From: Epithemia pelagica
Lineage: Eukaryota; Protista; Bacillariophyta
Direction: 5' to 3'
Length of the DNA stretch: 64,000 bases
Assembly (NCBI GenBank): GCA_946965045.2
Contig: OX337242.1
Location: 744,001-808,000, forward strand
In this document: in pieces, positions 11,733-22,164 of the stretch
Layout: each line of letters begins with the position of its first letter
Numbering within the stretch: the first letter of the stretch is position 1
Made by a program: the position numbers and the translations under genes
Notes under the pieces: model-generated
Database searches by the model: none
The model's input: only the letters and a program-made list of their open reading frames with translations
Told to the model about the DNA's origin: nothing

Positions 11733-13052
11733 TCAATGCATGTAACCATATATTTCTGTGGCGGCCAAACCAGGGTAGAACGTAGAGGAGATTTGGTCAA
11801 AGCCGACTGTAGAAGCACGAAAATTGTAGAGCAAGACAATGAGAGAGACAATCACTTTTCTCTCACCAAATTCTTCGTACCGAAGACGGTCTTTCAAACG
11901 GGGAAAGGAGGCTTGAAGGCCTCGCATCCCCCACTCCGAAAGCTGTCGGACGGATGTGGCAGCCTTGTGAATCTCACTATCTCTCCGAACTCTTCCCTGT
12001 CGGTCTGTGTTTCTCTGGTATGACTTTAGGAGACTCTCTCGTGCCTCAGAGCCAAAAGCAGAATCAACCACAATTCTTGCTCCACCACAAGCTTGTTCTC
12101 GTGCGTTGATATGGTCTAGCTTCTCGTAGGTTTTTGAGTAGACGGCCATTGTGGAATCGTGCCAGGATCCGGGCGCATTGATATAGCTTGCCTGAATCCT
12201 GCCATCGGGCGAGAACACAAACAAGTTGGAAATGTAATGATCACATTTCCAACCGTTGTAGAACATGTTCTCGAGGTCCGGATTTGCCTCAATAAGCAGT
12301 TTTAGGCCGTCCATTGCTCCCCACACGTTGGTCAACACAGGGTACTTTTCGTTGATGACTCTTTTGAAAGTCGCCACTTCGTCACTTGTAGGCAACTTTA
12401 CCATTGCGTCCGGATGATCTTTTAGCACAGTGACTAAGACCCTTCGTCCGAATCTTAGCCATACAGAGACGGGGGTTGCAGTCATACCGAAGATGACCTG
12501 CAATGCTGTCGTCGCCCCCCTTGTCCGTGTCCAGGCTAGAACCAACGCTAGACAAATAGTTGCATTGATCAGCCTTTTCCTGCCAGTCCTCCCCGAACGT
12601 GGGAGTCGCCTCATACGGTAGGTGTTGCTTGCAGTTTGCGGATAGGGCGTCCACTCGTTGAACACAGGAGCAAATAGTTCAAGTAGTTTTTGGAAGGACG
12701 CATGATCAAAGCCGCATAATGCAATCAAGGACGAGTCGTCTTTGCTATTAAACAAGCGGATGAATGCAGAACGTTTTGGATGCTGAAGTGCCAAACGGCC
12801 AATTCGTGCGGAGGGACGTCGTTTGAGTTGCTGCAACATGCGATGAAGTCGTCTCTGTTTCTTCCTGTGAAGGAGAAGCATAAGAAAGGCAGTTTCCTCA
12901 TGTTCGTCCATTGTTTTGCCTAATAACAATTCTATGATCCTAGGACTAAAGCAATCTACATGAGGACGATGGTGGATGATGGATGATGGTGGATGGAGGT
13001 GGAGGATGGTGGACGATTGTTGGATGAATGTTAGATGTTGGATGGAGTTCAT
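11733..13052 (-). CDS. Harbinger (DDE_Tnp_4/HARBI1-like) transposase
   Basis: WGAMDG, NAPGSWHDS, IVVDSAF and RQLSEWGMRGLQ motifs in an uninterrupted frame. A likely start is MDEHEE at 12911. Confidence 0.9.
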   Translation of the reverse strand: MNSIQHLTFIQQSSTILHLHPPSSIIHHRPHVDCFSPRIIELLLGKTMDEHEETAFLMLLLHRKKQRRLHRMLQQLKRRPSARIGRLALQHPKRSAFIRLFNSKDDSSLIALCGFDHASFQKLLELFAPVFNEWTPYPQTASNTYRMRRLPRSGRTGRKRLINATICLALVLAWTRTRGATTALQVIFGMTATPVSVWLRFGRRVLVTVLKDHPDAMVKLPTSDEVATFKRVINEKYPVLTNVWGAMDGLKLLIEANPDLENMFYNGWKCDHYISNLFVFSPDGRIQASYINAPGSWHDSTMAVYSKTYEKLDHINAREQACGGARIVVDSAFGSEARESLLKSYQRNTDRQGRVRRDSEIHKAATSVRQLSEWGMRGLQASFPRLKDRLRYEEFGERKVIVSLIVLLYNFRASTVGFDQISSTFYPGLAATEIYGYMH

Positions 13053-14529
13053 TGGGGGATAGATGGCATGAAAAAGGTGAAAATGGCGCGAAGCATGAAT
13101 GTAGACCTTATGCCCTTAGTGTGCTGGCGTGCGCTTTGAGTCTTACTGGTTTAGGGCTATGACTTTCAGTACCAGTACGTCTTTTAAACTTAACCCCTAT
13201 TTGTCCTAAATATGGTTTGAGATTTACGTCAGATTTCCCTCCGACTAGATGTCCGCTTCTTAGCTCGTCTGTTCGGGCAAGACAAACCCAATCTCACAGA
13301 CAAAAAAATGAATGGAAATTTCACATCCATCGGTGGAAAGGCTGGCGTGATGTGAAGGTTGGAAGATGGCAGGCGTTCTTCTCAACAAGACTCAAAATAG
13401 TGTTCTCAGTGAGTTCACGGGTCACAAAATCGATGCAGGCAACAAAACGAGGCAATGACCAAACCAACACCAAAAACGGCATGCTTCGTCCCTGGCCATC
13501 TCATCTCATCTTTGTCACTGCACATCCATCATGGTAAGTTCTGGAATGGCTAATACTTGCATTGGAATGGACAATGTTTAGTTGTAGGCTCTCACTACGT
13601 TGCCAGTTGCCATAGTGTGTCATTTGTTTGTGCCATGTAACATCCATTTTGGTCGATGCCATGTGGGGCTGCTGGCATCATTTGTAGGATCCTTATAGGA
13701 CAAAATAGAGCTATAGACCTCAATTAGGAGTAGGTAGGATAAGTGGAGGAAGCCATCCATTTTTCCTCTGCTGTCGCTCAGTTTGGGTCTTTAGTGGATT
13801 GTGATGTCGACCTGCTCCTGTTGTTCTTTTTTTGTTGCCATGAGCATGACTTGTCTTTCCCAGCAGTGCAGGGGACTCTACACTCTATATGCTCCATAAC
13901 GCAACTAGGTAGAAAGAGACGTATTCTAAAATAGGACTGTATGTGGTTGCAAAGAGACAAGCCTACGGCAACGGCACGGTGTTGTGGAGGAGGGTCCACT
14001 TTTAAACGGACACAAACACTAGAAACAACCACACTTCTCCTAGAAAAAACAAAGAAAGGATGGGGTAGAGCAAAACACTATCTATGGTCTATATGTCAAA
14101 TGTCCATGGTGTGCAGATGATGGAGAATGCATTGTGATGGTGCATGTCCATTATCCATGTCAAAAGGTGCGTAGTGAAAATAATGTGGGTCGCAACTTGG
14201 GACGACAATCAAGAATGGGGAAGACCAACGGTCAAAGTGCGCACGCCTGCTCACAAAATTTCAAAACGGTGATCCAGAAGGCCGGCGTGATCATTTTCAT
14301 TTTGACCCGAAATTTTCTTCAAAAACGCAAAAAAACCAAAATTAAAATGGTTGGTCGCGGAGAGCGGCTGGGGGGCTAAGAAGCGGACACCTAGTCGGAG
14401 GGATACATTCAGTAGACACCCATTTGTCAAAAAGCCTCCAACGGCCGTCGGACAGACCGAACAAGAACAAAAAGAACTTTTGCTGACAATCGTTGGCGGT
14501 GAGAAGAGCGGCGATGATAGATATTGACC

Positions 14530-16275
14530 ATGGCAGCCTCTAAAGCCTTCACAGCGAGTATGGCGGACGAAACAGCAGCAGGGACAAATCCTGTTGCTTC
14601 CGTGAAAGAGAGGTCAGATGCAGATTTTATATCGGTTCCGTTCCTAAATATGGCTGGAATAGGACACACCGATGACAAGCGATTGTTGTATTGTCGCACT
14701 GGCGTTGTGGAACTACTCGAGTTTGTGGACCGAGTCGCCGATGGGAATGTGTTGGGATTAATCTACGGTCTACCGGGTACAGGAAAATCGTCAACGTTGT
14801 GGTACAAAATGCTTGGTCTGTCAAAACAAGGGAAACAAATTGCGTGGTTCCATTTTGACCGTAATGGGCTCAACGAAGCGCGAGTCTTTCTAGATAGAAC
14901 AGGTTGCCGAGAGGACCCTATTATCAAGAAAAGAGAATTAGATACTACCATCGACGCAATCCACGCGGATATACTTGTGCTGGACGGGGTTACTCGGGAT
15001 AGCTATAATGAGCGTTTGGAACAGTTGAAGTTTTGGCGGAAAGCAGGGCCGAATCGATCCGCATTTCTTACAGTCTCAAACAAGATCGAGCGGTTGCATC
15101 CACACGAACTGGAAAATATGAAAGAGAAGGGACTCTACAATTATTTCACTCAACATTCATGGACCTTGGACGAATTCCTTGCGGCGTTCGTGAATGAAGA
15201 CGAATCAGCATCCCCCTTGTTTGTGGAGAACGAGGATATTTTCAAGTCAGAGTGGGAAATATCGAACGATAGCAAAGAAGCACGTAAAAGAAACCGAAGT
15301 GGGAGTGGGAAATTTACAACCATCAGAGAAATCATCACTCAAAAATATTTCTTTGTTGGTGGATCGGCACGTTGGATGGTGCGTTTTACAAAGGCTGAAA
15401 CCGAAAGTGCGATTCGGGACAGCATAAATGATGCGTCTCGAGTTGGAGATATTCTTGACTTCAATTTGGGACCGAAGTCGCCTGCCGCAAAGACGCATCT
15501 ATATAGTTCGATGGAGGCTAACGGTATTACAGTATATGCCATTGTCAGTGAGCGTGCTACGCAGCTGCTTGTTGAAACTTATGGTGTGAATGGAATAAAG
15601 ACACTGTACGGCCACGCGAGAAAATTAAACAACCCGGCCTTTCTTGGGTGGGTTATTGAGGCGGACTACTTTTCTCGTTGCGAAACAAGCACTCTGTTGC
15701 TTCGCAAAAGAGGGCATTCGACGGCGCGTAGAATTGATTTCGAGAAACCGGTTCTGGAATTCGACTGTGGTGAGCTGTTTAATATGCATGAAAGCGAAGG
15801 CCATGAGCAGTTTCGTGCGGTGCGAAACCTCCTCCCGTGTGAAAAAAATAGTCCAACGTTGTGCAAGCCCAAAGATTGGAATCAAGGCGGATATGATGTC
15901 GTCAGAATTGTGAAAGGCGACGAAGTCAAAGAAGAGGGAACAACTGGTGTGAAAGAATCGTATCATCTTTTATTCGGTCAGGTAACCAAGTCAAATACTC
16001 ACTCACTCAAGCTTTGGTACTTCTCCGATTTGGCGAGGTGCATAGTGGCTGCTGGCTTCATCGTTGCATCTGTTGAGATTGGCTTTATCGTCCCTCCCGG
16101 CAAGACGAAAGACTTCAGAATCACGCCATCGAAAGTGACAGGAACGGGACTCCTTAGTCACTTTGATGTTCACGATGTATCGCCGTCCATCAAATGGCAC
16201 AAATCGCACGAGCACCAGTATATCACTGTGTATGAACTTGACATGACGGGGATGAATTTCCCAGGAAGCATTTAG
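14530..16275 (+). CDS. Crinkler (CRN)/RHS-like protein: P-loop NTPase plus restriction-endonuclease-like domain
   Basis: GLPGTGKS (Walker A), ILVLDG (Walker B), KYFFVGGSARWM, LGWVIEADYF, WNQGGYDVV and FGQVTKSNTHSLK, which are typical of CR-NTPase/CR-REase architectures. First ATG at 14530. Confidence 0.7.
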   Translation: MAASKAFTASMADETAAGTNPVASVKERSDADFISVPFLNMAGIGHTDDKRLLYCRTGVVELLEFVDRVADGNVLGLIYGLPGTGKSSTLWYKMLGLSKQGKQIAWFHFDRNGLNEARVFLDRTGCREDPIIKKRELDTTIDAIHADILVLDGVTRDSYNERLEQLKFWRKAGPNRSAFLTVSNKIERLHPHELENMKEKGLYNYFTQHSWTLDEFLAAFVNEDESASPLFVENEDIFKSEWEISNDSKEARKRNRSGSGKFTTIREIITQKYFFVGGSARWMVRFTKAETESAIRDSINDASRVGDILDFNLGPKSPAAKTHLYSSMEANGITVYAIVSERATQLLVETYGVNGIKTLYGHARKLNNPAFLGWVIEADYFSRCETSTLLLRKRGHSTARRIDFEKPVLEFDCGELFNMHESEGHEQFRAVRNLLPCEKNSPTLCKPKDWNQGGYDVVRIVKGDEVKEEGTTGVKESYHLLFGQVTKSNTHSLKLWYFSDLARCIVAAGFIVASVEIGFIVPPGKTKDFRITPSKVTGTGLLSHFDVHDVSPSIKWHKSHEHQYITVYELDMTGMNFPGSI

Positions 16276-16648
16276 TGCAGTGTCTTTCGCTTCGAGAAAG
16301 GACGGTGTGTTGAAACAATGGCTCTATGCCTTCAGCCACGTTCGACAAGGGGTACAGTAAACCCCGATTTTGTACTTTAGTACTATTTTCCACTTCTCTT
16401 GAAGTCTCATAACCTATTAGAACGTACCTCCAAGGTGCATCATAACCTATTCGAACATGCCTCCAGCGTGCAACAACAACAGATGCAAAAGCAAAGCGGG
16501 TGATAAACTACTACGGATATGAACGAGCACAACAACAGACATGTCAACAACGTGCACTGCTCACTACTACTACTACTTATTCCTGGCGGGTTGGTTCATT
16601 ATTCAACAATCAAACAAGAATCATGAACGGCTGCCCCACCACCTGTGA

Positions 16649-17313
16649 TTAGTTCTTCTTTTTGTTGTTGCGTCGTGTCGACCGACGAGCAAACAAAGGT
16701 GAGTCATCGCTATCATTGCTGTTGTTGTTGTTGTTCCATTTCTTCTTCTTCTTCTGTAACTCATCATCCTCTTCACGTTCATGTCGTGAATCAGGGCTCA
16801 TCAAGTCGAAAGCCTTGAGAAGGCGCTCGTCTTGCATCATGGTGACATCCTGAGAAAATGAGTCCTTGGTGTACAGAACACCATCGTCCGACGACTCGTC
16901 AGTTGAGGCTTCTTCTTCTCCTTCTCCTTCGTGAATGGTACCAACCCCGTGGTCCGTGCGTTCAGCATCCTTCATCTTGAAGGCAATGACGCTCAACGGG
17001 TCTTTGGATTGCATCGAACGGTGACGCTGGTCGAGGTAAACAAGCTTCCAGCAGTCACCGTCGATGCAAATGGTTCCTGGAACCGATACAACAAAAAGGT
17101 AAGTACGTGAAACAGCAGAGACAAGTGTACAACGTGTTTCTCACCTGTGAAGTTGTCCACAGAAAACGAAAAAGGCGACGAAGACGACGATGACGACACG
17201 ACAATGCCATCAGTGGCAACACCATTGAGGACAGCAGTGGTGCCTGAAGCTTGGTCCTTCAGGATTGCCGTGAGGCAATATCCATCCGGTTGCTTCTGCT
17301 CATCTGCTTGCAT
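16649..17313 (-). CDS. Cargo ORF A of the CAC element, spliced, about 198 aa, function unknown
   Basis: Exons 17313-17145 and 17076-16649. The 68-nt intron (CAG|GTGAG...TACTTAC...TTCCAG|G) joins ORF 16993..17466 in frame to ORF 16649..17014, giving ...VDNFTGTICIDGDCWKLVYLDQRHRSMQSKDP... The start may lie further upstream. Confidence 0.55.
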
Positions 17314-17599
17314 GGTTTCCAAAAAGTGAAGAGATGCAACAATCAAACGAAGTACTTCTCCACCATGTGTAGAAGAGCTTGCGTGCGCTTCCCGCCTTGT
17401 CCGCAACAAGACTGCACACGTGCTTGACCTGTGCGAACGACGTTCCCACTTTTTGAATATCAACAATCATTCCACAATCGGGAATGATGAGAGAGCGAAG
17501 CACATGGTGATGCAAGATGCAACAATCAAACAGCGCAGGAGGCCACTCCATCGTCCGCGCCAGCAGCCAAGGAGGAGGACGGCGACGGAACTAACACAA

Positions 17600-18190
17600 C
17601 AAACAAACTTTGACGACGACGACAACAACCCAATCCACGGACCACGGAGCTGACAGCAAACAACAACAACAACAAAACACGCCACGGCGACATCAACAAA
17701 CAACAACAACAACAAAACACAGCACGGCGACATCAACAACACAATCCACGATGCTGACAGGAAACAACAACAACAACAACACCAACAACACAACCCGCGA
17801 CAACAAGTGACGACAACAACGACGACGACAACACAACCCGCAACAAAGACAACAGCAACAACGTCAAGACAAGCCGTGGCAACAACAACACATCACTGCG
17901 ACATCAACAAACGACACCAACAACACAATCCACGACGCTGACAGGAAACAACAACAACAACAACAACAACACAACCCGCGACAACAAGCGACGACAACAA
18001 CGACGACGACAACACAACCCGCGACGAAGACATCAGCAACAACGTCAAGACAAGCCGTGGCAACAACAACAGTAGCAACACAAGCCGCGACGACAACAAC
18101 AACATCAACAACGACAACGCAAGCAACCACGCTGACCTCAAACAACAAGAAGAAGAACGACAACGACACAAGCCACGACAACACACGCCC
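17600..18190 (+). repeat. A/C-rich (AAC/GAC) low-complexity tract containing an imperfect duplication of about 181-184 bp
   Basis: Plus strand almost devoid of T. The block CAATCCACGA(T/C)GCTGACAGGAAACAAC...GTCAAGACAAGCCGTGGC occurs at about 17742-17880 and about 17926-18061. Confidence 0.85.
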
Positions 18191-18252
18191 CCGTGGCAGA
18201 AGCAACGGAAAAGAACAGGACTGCTGGTGGCAGCAAAAACGACGCAACAACA

Positions 18253-18678
18253 ATGAGATTGACTGGTGGAATGTTTGAGGTCGGAATAGTAGACCGTGAT
18301 TCAGAGGATCACATGTGGACTCGGAGCCACAGTGCCGCTCTCTTTGTCGGCAAGACAAACTTTGGGCATGGCTTTCAAGTGTCTTACACCGGCGCCGACA
18401 AAACGCTGGTCCATAAGACATTTCTGTCCCATGAAGTGTTGGCTTGGGATGTCTTTCGTGTCAGGAGTCAACGCAATGGACACGAGGGACTCGAGTTCTT
18501 CGCAGTCGTTCCATTGCCTTTGGGACATGAAGGAGACCGATGTCACGTTGGAGAAGAGTGTCGGGAGTGGATGCTTCGCTTCACCATCATGGGGCACCAT
18601 GAGTCTTTCAAGCTCCTAAAAACAGCGTGTCGTGACAGTGGTTTCCGGAAGCGGGGACTTGTACTAGAGAAAGCTTAG
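18253..18678 (+). CDS. Cargo ORF B of the CAC element, 141 aa, convergent with the transposase, function unknown
   Basis: Non-repetitive, protein-like ORF (MRLTGGMFEVGIVDRD...WMLRFTIMGHHESFKLLKTAC) ending 51 bp from the transposase stop. First ATG at 18253. Confidence 0.5.
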   Translation: MRLTGGMFEVGIVDRDSEDHMWTRSHSAALFVGKTNFGHGFQVSYTGADKTLVHKTFLSHEVLAWDVFRVRSQRNGHEGLEFFAVVPLPLGHEGDRCHVGEECREWMLRFTIMGHHESFKLLKTACRDSGFRKRGLVLEKA

Positions 18679-18729
18679 TCATTAACCAAAACCTTACTTA
18701 GTATTCCTTACATGCGATTATGGTAGCTA

Positions 18730-19666
18730 TCATGATTCCGACTGAAGCAGCTTTTGGTGTCGTAGTTCATCAAGTCGGGGGTACTTCTCCTCTTGGATAG
18801 CGAACATCGATAGAAGTGCCACCCGCTCAGAGTCACGCAAGGCCTTGTGCTTGTTGCCTTTGTAGGATTTGGGGGCTTCTTGATCACCCCCCTCACCATT
18901 TCTCCTGTTCACGTTCCGTTGTACCGCTTTCGTGACCGCAACAAGCCTGTCTTGCACTGCGTCATTCTTTGTCATCACCTCCAACTGAGCTACAACTTGC
19001 CCCTTTGTTGAGTGGTTTAGAGACTTCATGCGGCTTTCCATCTGCGCCCCAGTCTGATGGGCGCGCTCGCCTTCATCTTCACCCAAATCACCGATTCCGC
19101 CGTACCGTTTCACTGCGTCAAGTGCATGGTCTTCCAAAATGTGCATCTTGGGTGAAATTGTGATGTCGAGTGCTCGCCATACCGAAGAAGCATGCTTCAA
19201 ATGATGCTCTAAGTGGAGCACCTGTTGTGGCGTGATGTGATTCCGAGGCGTCTGCAAAATAGAAAAAGTGGCATCGAGATGCCCCATCAATCGTTCATAG
19301 GCATCAATCACCCTTTTGATTGTCGCATTATCCACCCATTTCTGTTCGTCCGGGAGGTCCCGGACGTAGACCCAAATCTCTTCGAAGATAAACTTCCGAT
19401 CAACCAACACTGTGCTGCAGGGGTTGCCTTGCAGAGCACCCCCATGAAACGCTGCCCTGTCAATTCCATGGGCACGCTCGATCCCTTCGAACTTGCGATA
19501 GACAGGTTGTCCATGCTTTCGTGAGTTCTCAGGGACACTCTTCTCTTTGTCCCATTCATGTTTTGCTTCTTTAACCAACTTTGCCCTTGCCTTCCGCTCA
19601 CCATCCTTCTCCTTCAGGCTTTGTTTCAACAAAGCAATCTCAGCTGCAATGTGCTCATCCGGAACC

Positions 19667-19704
<38 letters not shown>

Positions 19705-22164
19705 TTCCTGTTTCTGCCGCGTGATTTCCATCAGCTCGCTCACCACTTGTTCTTCTTCCTTTTTCCGTCTGAGCCATTCCGTTTCAAGATCGATCCAGGC
19801 TGCTGTGTAGATCTCACAGGCAGCCTGGAGATCACTGTACAAACAATCTAGAGCCTTGTTCACAACGCCCAACTTGATGTGGAGAACAGGCATTGACACA
19901 TGACACACATCCACGGCAGTAAGCAAAGGCACATTTTTTATTCCCTTTCGCAGGGCACCCTTTGCATTCTCATCGAGCGTTTTGTTGTATTCAAGCTGGG
20001 CCTTCATTGTCGCAAGCGACCACTTTGTGCCTCGAGCATGACTAAGTGGCTGCCATTCTGCCTTTGTCAGCTGACAAAAGGCACACCAGCAGCTAGACAT
20101 GCCTTCTCGCCCATAGTTGGTCATAATTTGGGCTAGGTCTCCTGCCAAGGACACTTCTACTGGGAGTCCTCCATAGAAGCGTGTGTCGCTAGGTTGGTCA
20201 GGACGTGACCCCGCAAGCCTTGAGTAGTACCACTCTTCATTTTCATTTAGTTGGGCTCGCTTCCACACGTCGATACCGCCTTTCTCTGTCAACTGACTTA
20301 GCGCACTGTCTAGTTTTGGCATGTAGGTGCTTTTCAGGATCTCGTAGGTGTCCTTCTTGCACCTAGCATCTGCTAGACTGTAGGAGTCTTTGTGTTCCGT
20401 CCACTTATTTGAGCTAGGGTCATGTTTCCGACAAATTAAGACCGCATGGGCACGAGAGAAGCCTTTCCCATGGTCGGCCGACACAACCATATCAATAGAG
20501 GTCCAATGCTGTCGAGTGTCAGCTCGATTAAACACAGTATCGCAAAAGTAAAGCAATACCTGTGTCGCATCTCGCACACTCCATTCGATTGACTCGTTGT
20601 TTAATTGTAGCGTATTGCATTCCGGTGCCACAGCCTTCTTAGTTACTAGGACTCTCTTTAGCTCATCAGGTGAGCTAACCAGGGGACATCCGAACCAGTA
20701 CTTGAGGTGACGTGCAATCAGTCTTGCCTGCGAGTAGTTTATGTTTGCGTCCGACCACATGGCAAACGTTGCAACCGGGTCCATTGCAACGCACGCAAAC
20801 TTTTGTTGTTTCACTGCCTCCTTGACCACATTCGGAAATCTCTTGCCGAGATGGGCAAAGAGATTCTTTGCCGTATACTCCATGTCGGTCAGCTCCTCTT
20901 CCTGCCCCTCCTCTAACTGATCCTCCTCTAGCTCATCTACCTCGTCATTTCGCACATCTGTACTCGGCTTCAACACCTTCCGCGGCCTGTCGTTTTGTTT
21001 CCCGAGTGCTTCCAAGACTTGATCAATCCACTTGAAGTGTCTGTCTTGCTCATGGAAGCTTTTCAAATTGGTAGATTTTGGTATCCGAACCAAAGATACC
21101 ATCCTACCGTTAGACATCCGGGTCGTGAGCACATCGTGCTTTCTTCGCTTGTCAGATAGAGTGACAAGGTCTCGCACAAGATCACTAACCACGCGTTTGT
21201 TTGTTGTGTCAATTCCATAGGCATGCAACGTAGGTGTGCTCAATTTTTGATGGGGGGTCATAAAACTTTGAACCCCCAACATTTCGCCTCTTTCTCTCTC
21301 GTTGTGTTCATACAGTACTTTCATGACGGAGGCGAGGGCACCAGCAAGATCTTGCTCCTCAAAAGATTCGGATTCCAAAAAGTATTCTTCCATCACATCG
21401 AAGAACTCCGGCTTGAAGACTTTCGGAAACAAATGGCAAATCAGCTGTTGCTTGATGAGTTGATTCCGGCTCACGTGCTGCTTGTTATTGTTCTGGTTGG
21501 TAGCAGGAGTGGTGATCTTTGAATTGTTCTCCATTCTCATCGCTCGTTTTCTTTCATTCTCCAATGTCTCACTGGAGAGAGAAACTTGCTTTTGCGTCCT
21601 CTTGTCATCAGCAGCTGCTCCTCTTGGCCTCTTCAGGATGCTACTTCTGCGCCGCCTTGGAGATGGGGTTTTTATCAGCGTTGTTGGATTCGTAGTCGTC
21701 CCCGTAGAACTGTCACCAGCTTGTTTTGTTGTTGCATTCAGAAGCAGCTTTTTTGTTTGTACTGCAATGGATTTGGTATTTTGAATCGATGGCTTGGTGA
21801 AATTTCGGAAGACATAAAGCGGACTTGCACTCGTTTTGTCGCAACCCACTTCAAGGAAATGTCGCCGTTGCTCATTTCCATACCTGCTTTTCGTGAGCGC
21901 TGTGATGTCTCGTAGGTGAAACCGGTCTAGGAAGGTTTCAATTTTCCTCTCTTGAACTCTCCACGACGAGGATGTTGATTCGTTCGTTGTTGCCACTCGT
22001 GACACCCATCCGACAACACTCAATAGGCACATTAGGGACTCCGTAGAGATCCTAAGTAGATTAGCGAGACTGTTCTCATCGCTTTCACCTACATTTATGC
22101 CATACCACCATGGCCTATTGGCCGAACCAATTTCACGGATCAACTTTGCGAGTGCTTCGTCCAT
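18730..22164 (-). CDS. RAG1-core/Transib/Chapaev-like DDE transposase (1144 aa)
   Basis: D1 VVSADHGKG; D2 LAGDLAQ...WCAFC (CxxC); PVLHIKLG; PKMHILEDH (Hx4H); GIGDLGEDEGER (E). D1-D2 spacing is 112, D2-C is 18 and H-E is 20, against 108, 19 and 20 in mouse RAG1 (D600/D708/C727/H942/E962). Contains a poly-Q insert. Confidence 0.85.

Larger units (their letters stand above)
10388..13110. mobile_element. PIF/Harbinger DNA transposon (Myb-like ORF plus DDE transposase, convergent); ends not resolved
   Basis: Canonical two-gene Harbinger content. Candidate right end ...CATGAATGTAGACC-TTA (13094-13110). No convincing left TIR found. Confidence 0.8.

Noticed and set aside
16353-16366. TACAGTAAACCCC resembling a Tc1/pogo TA-CAGT terminus
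   Set aside because: No inverted partner found; the sequence is the spacer within the CAC element's left TIR.
18253-18678. Calling cargo ORF B a RAG2 homologue
   Set aside because: Too short, with no kelch repeats or PHD finger; only the position is analogous.
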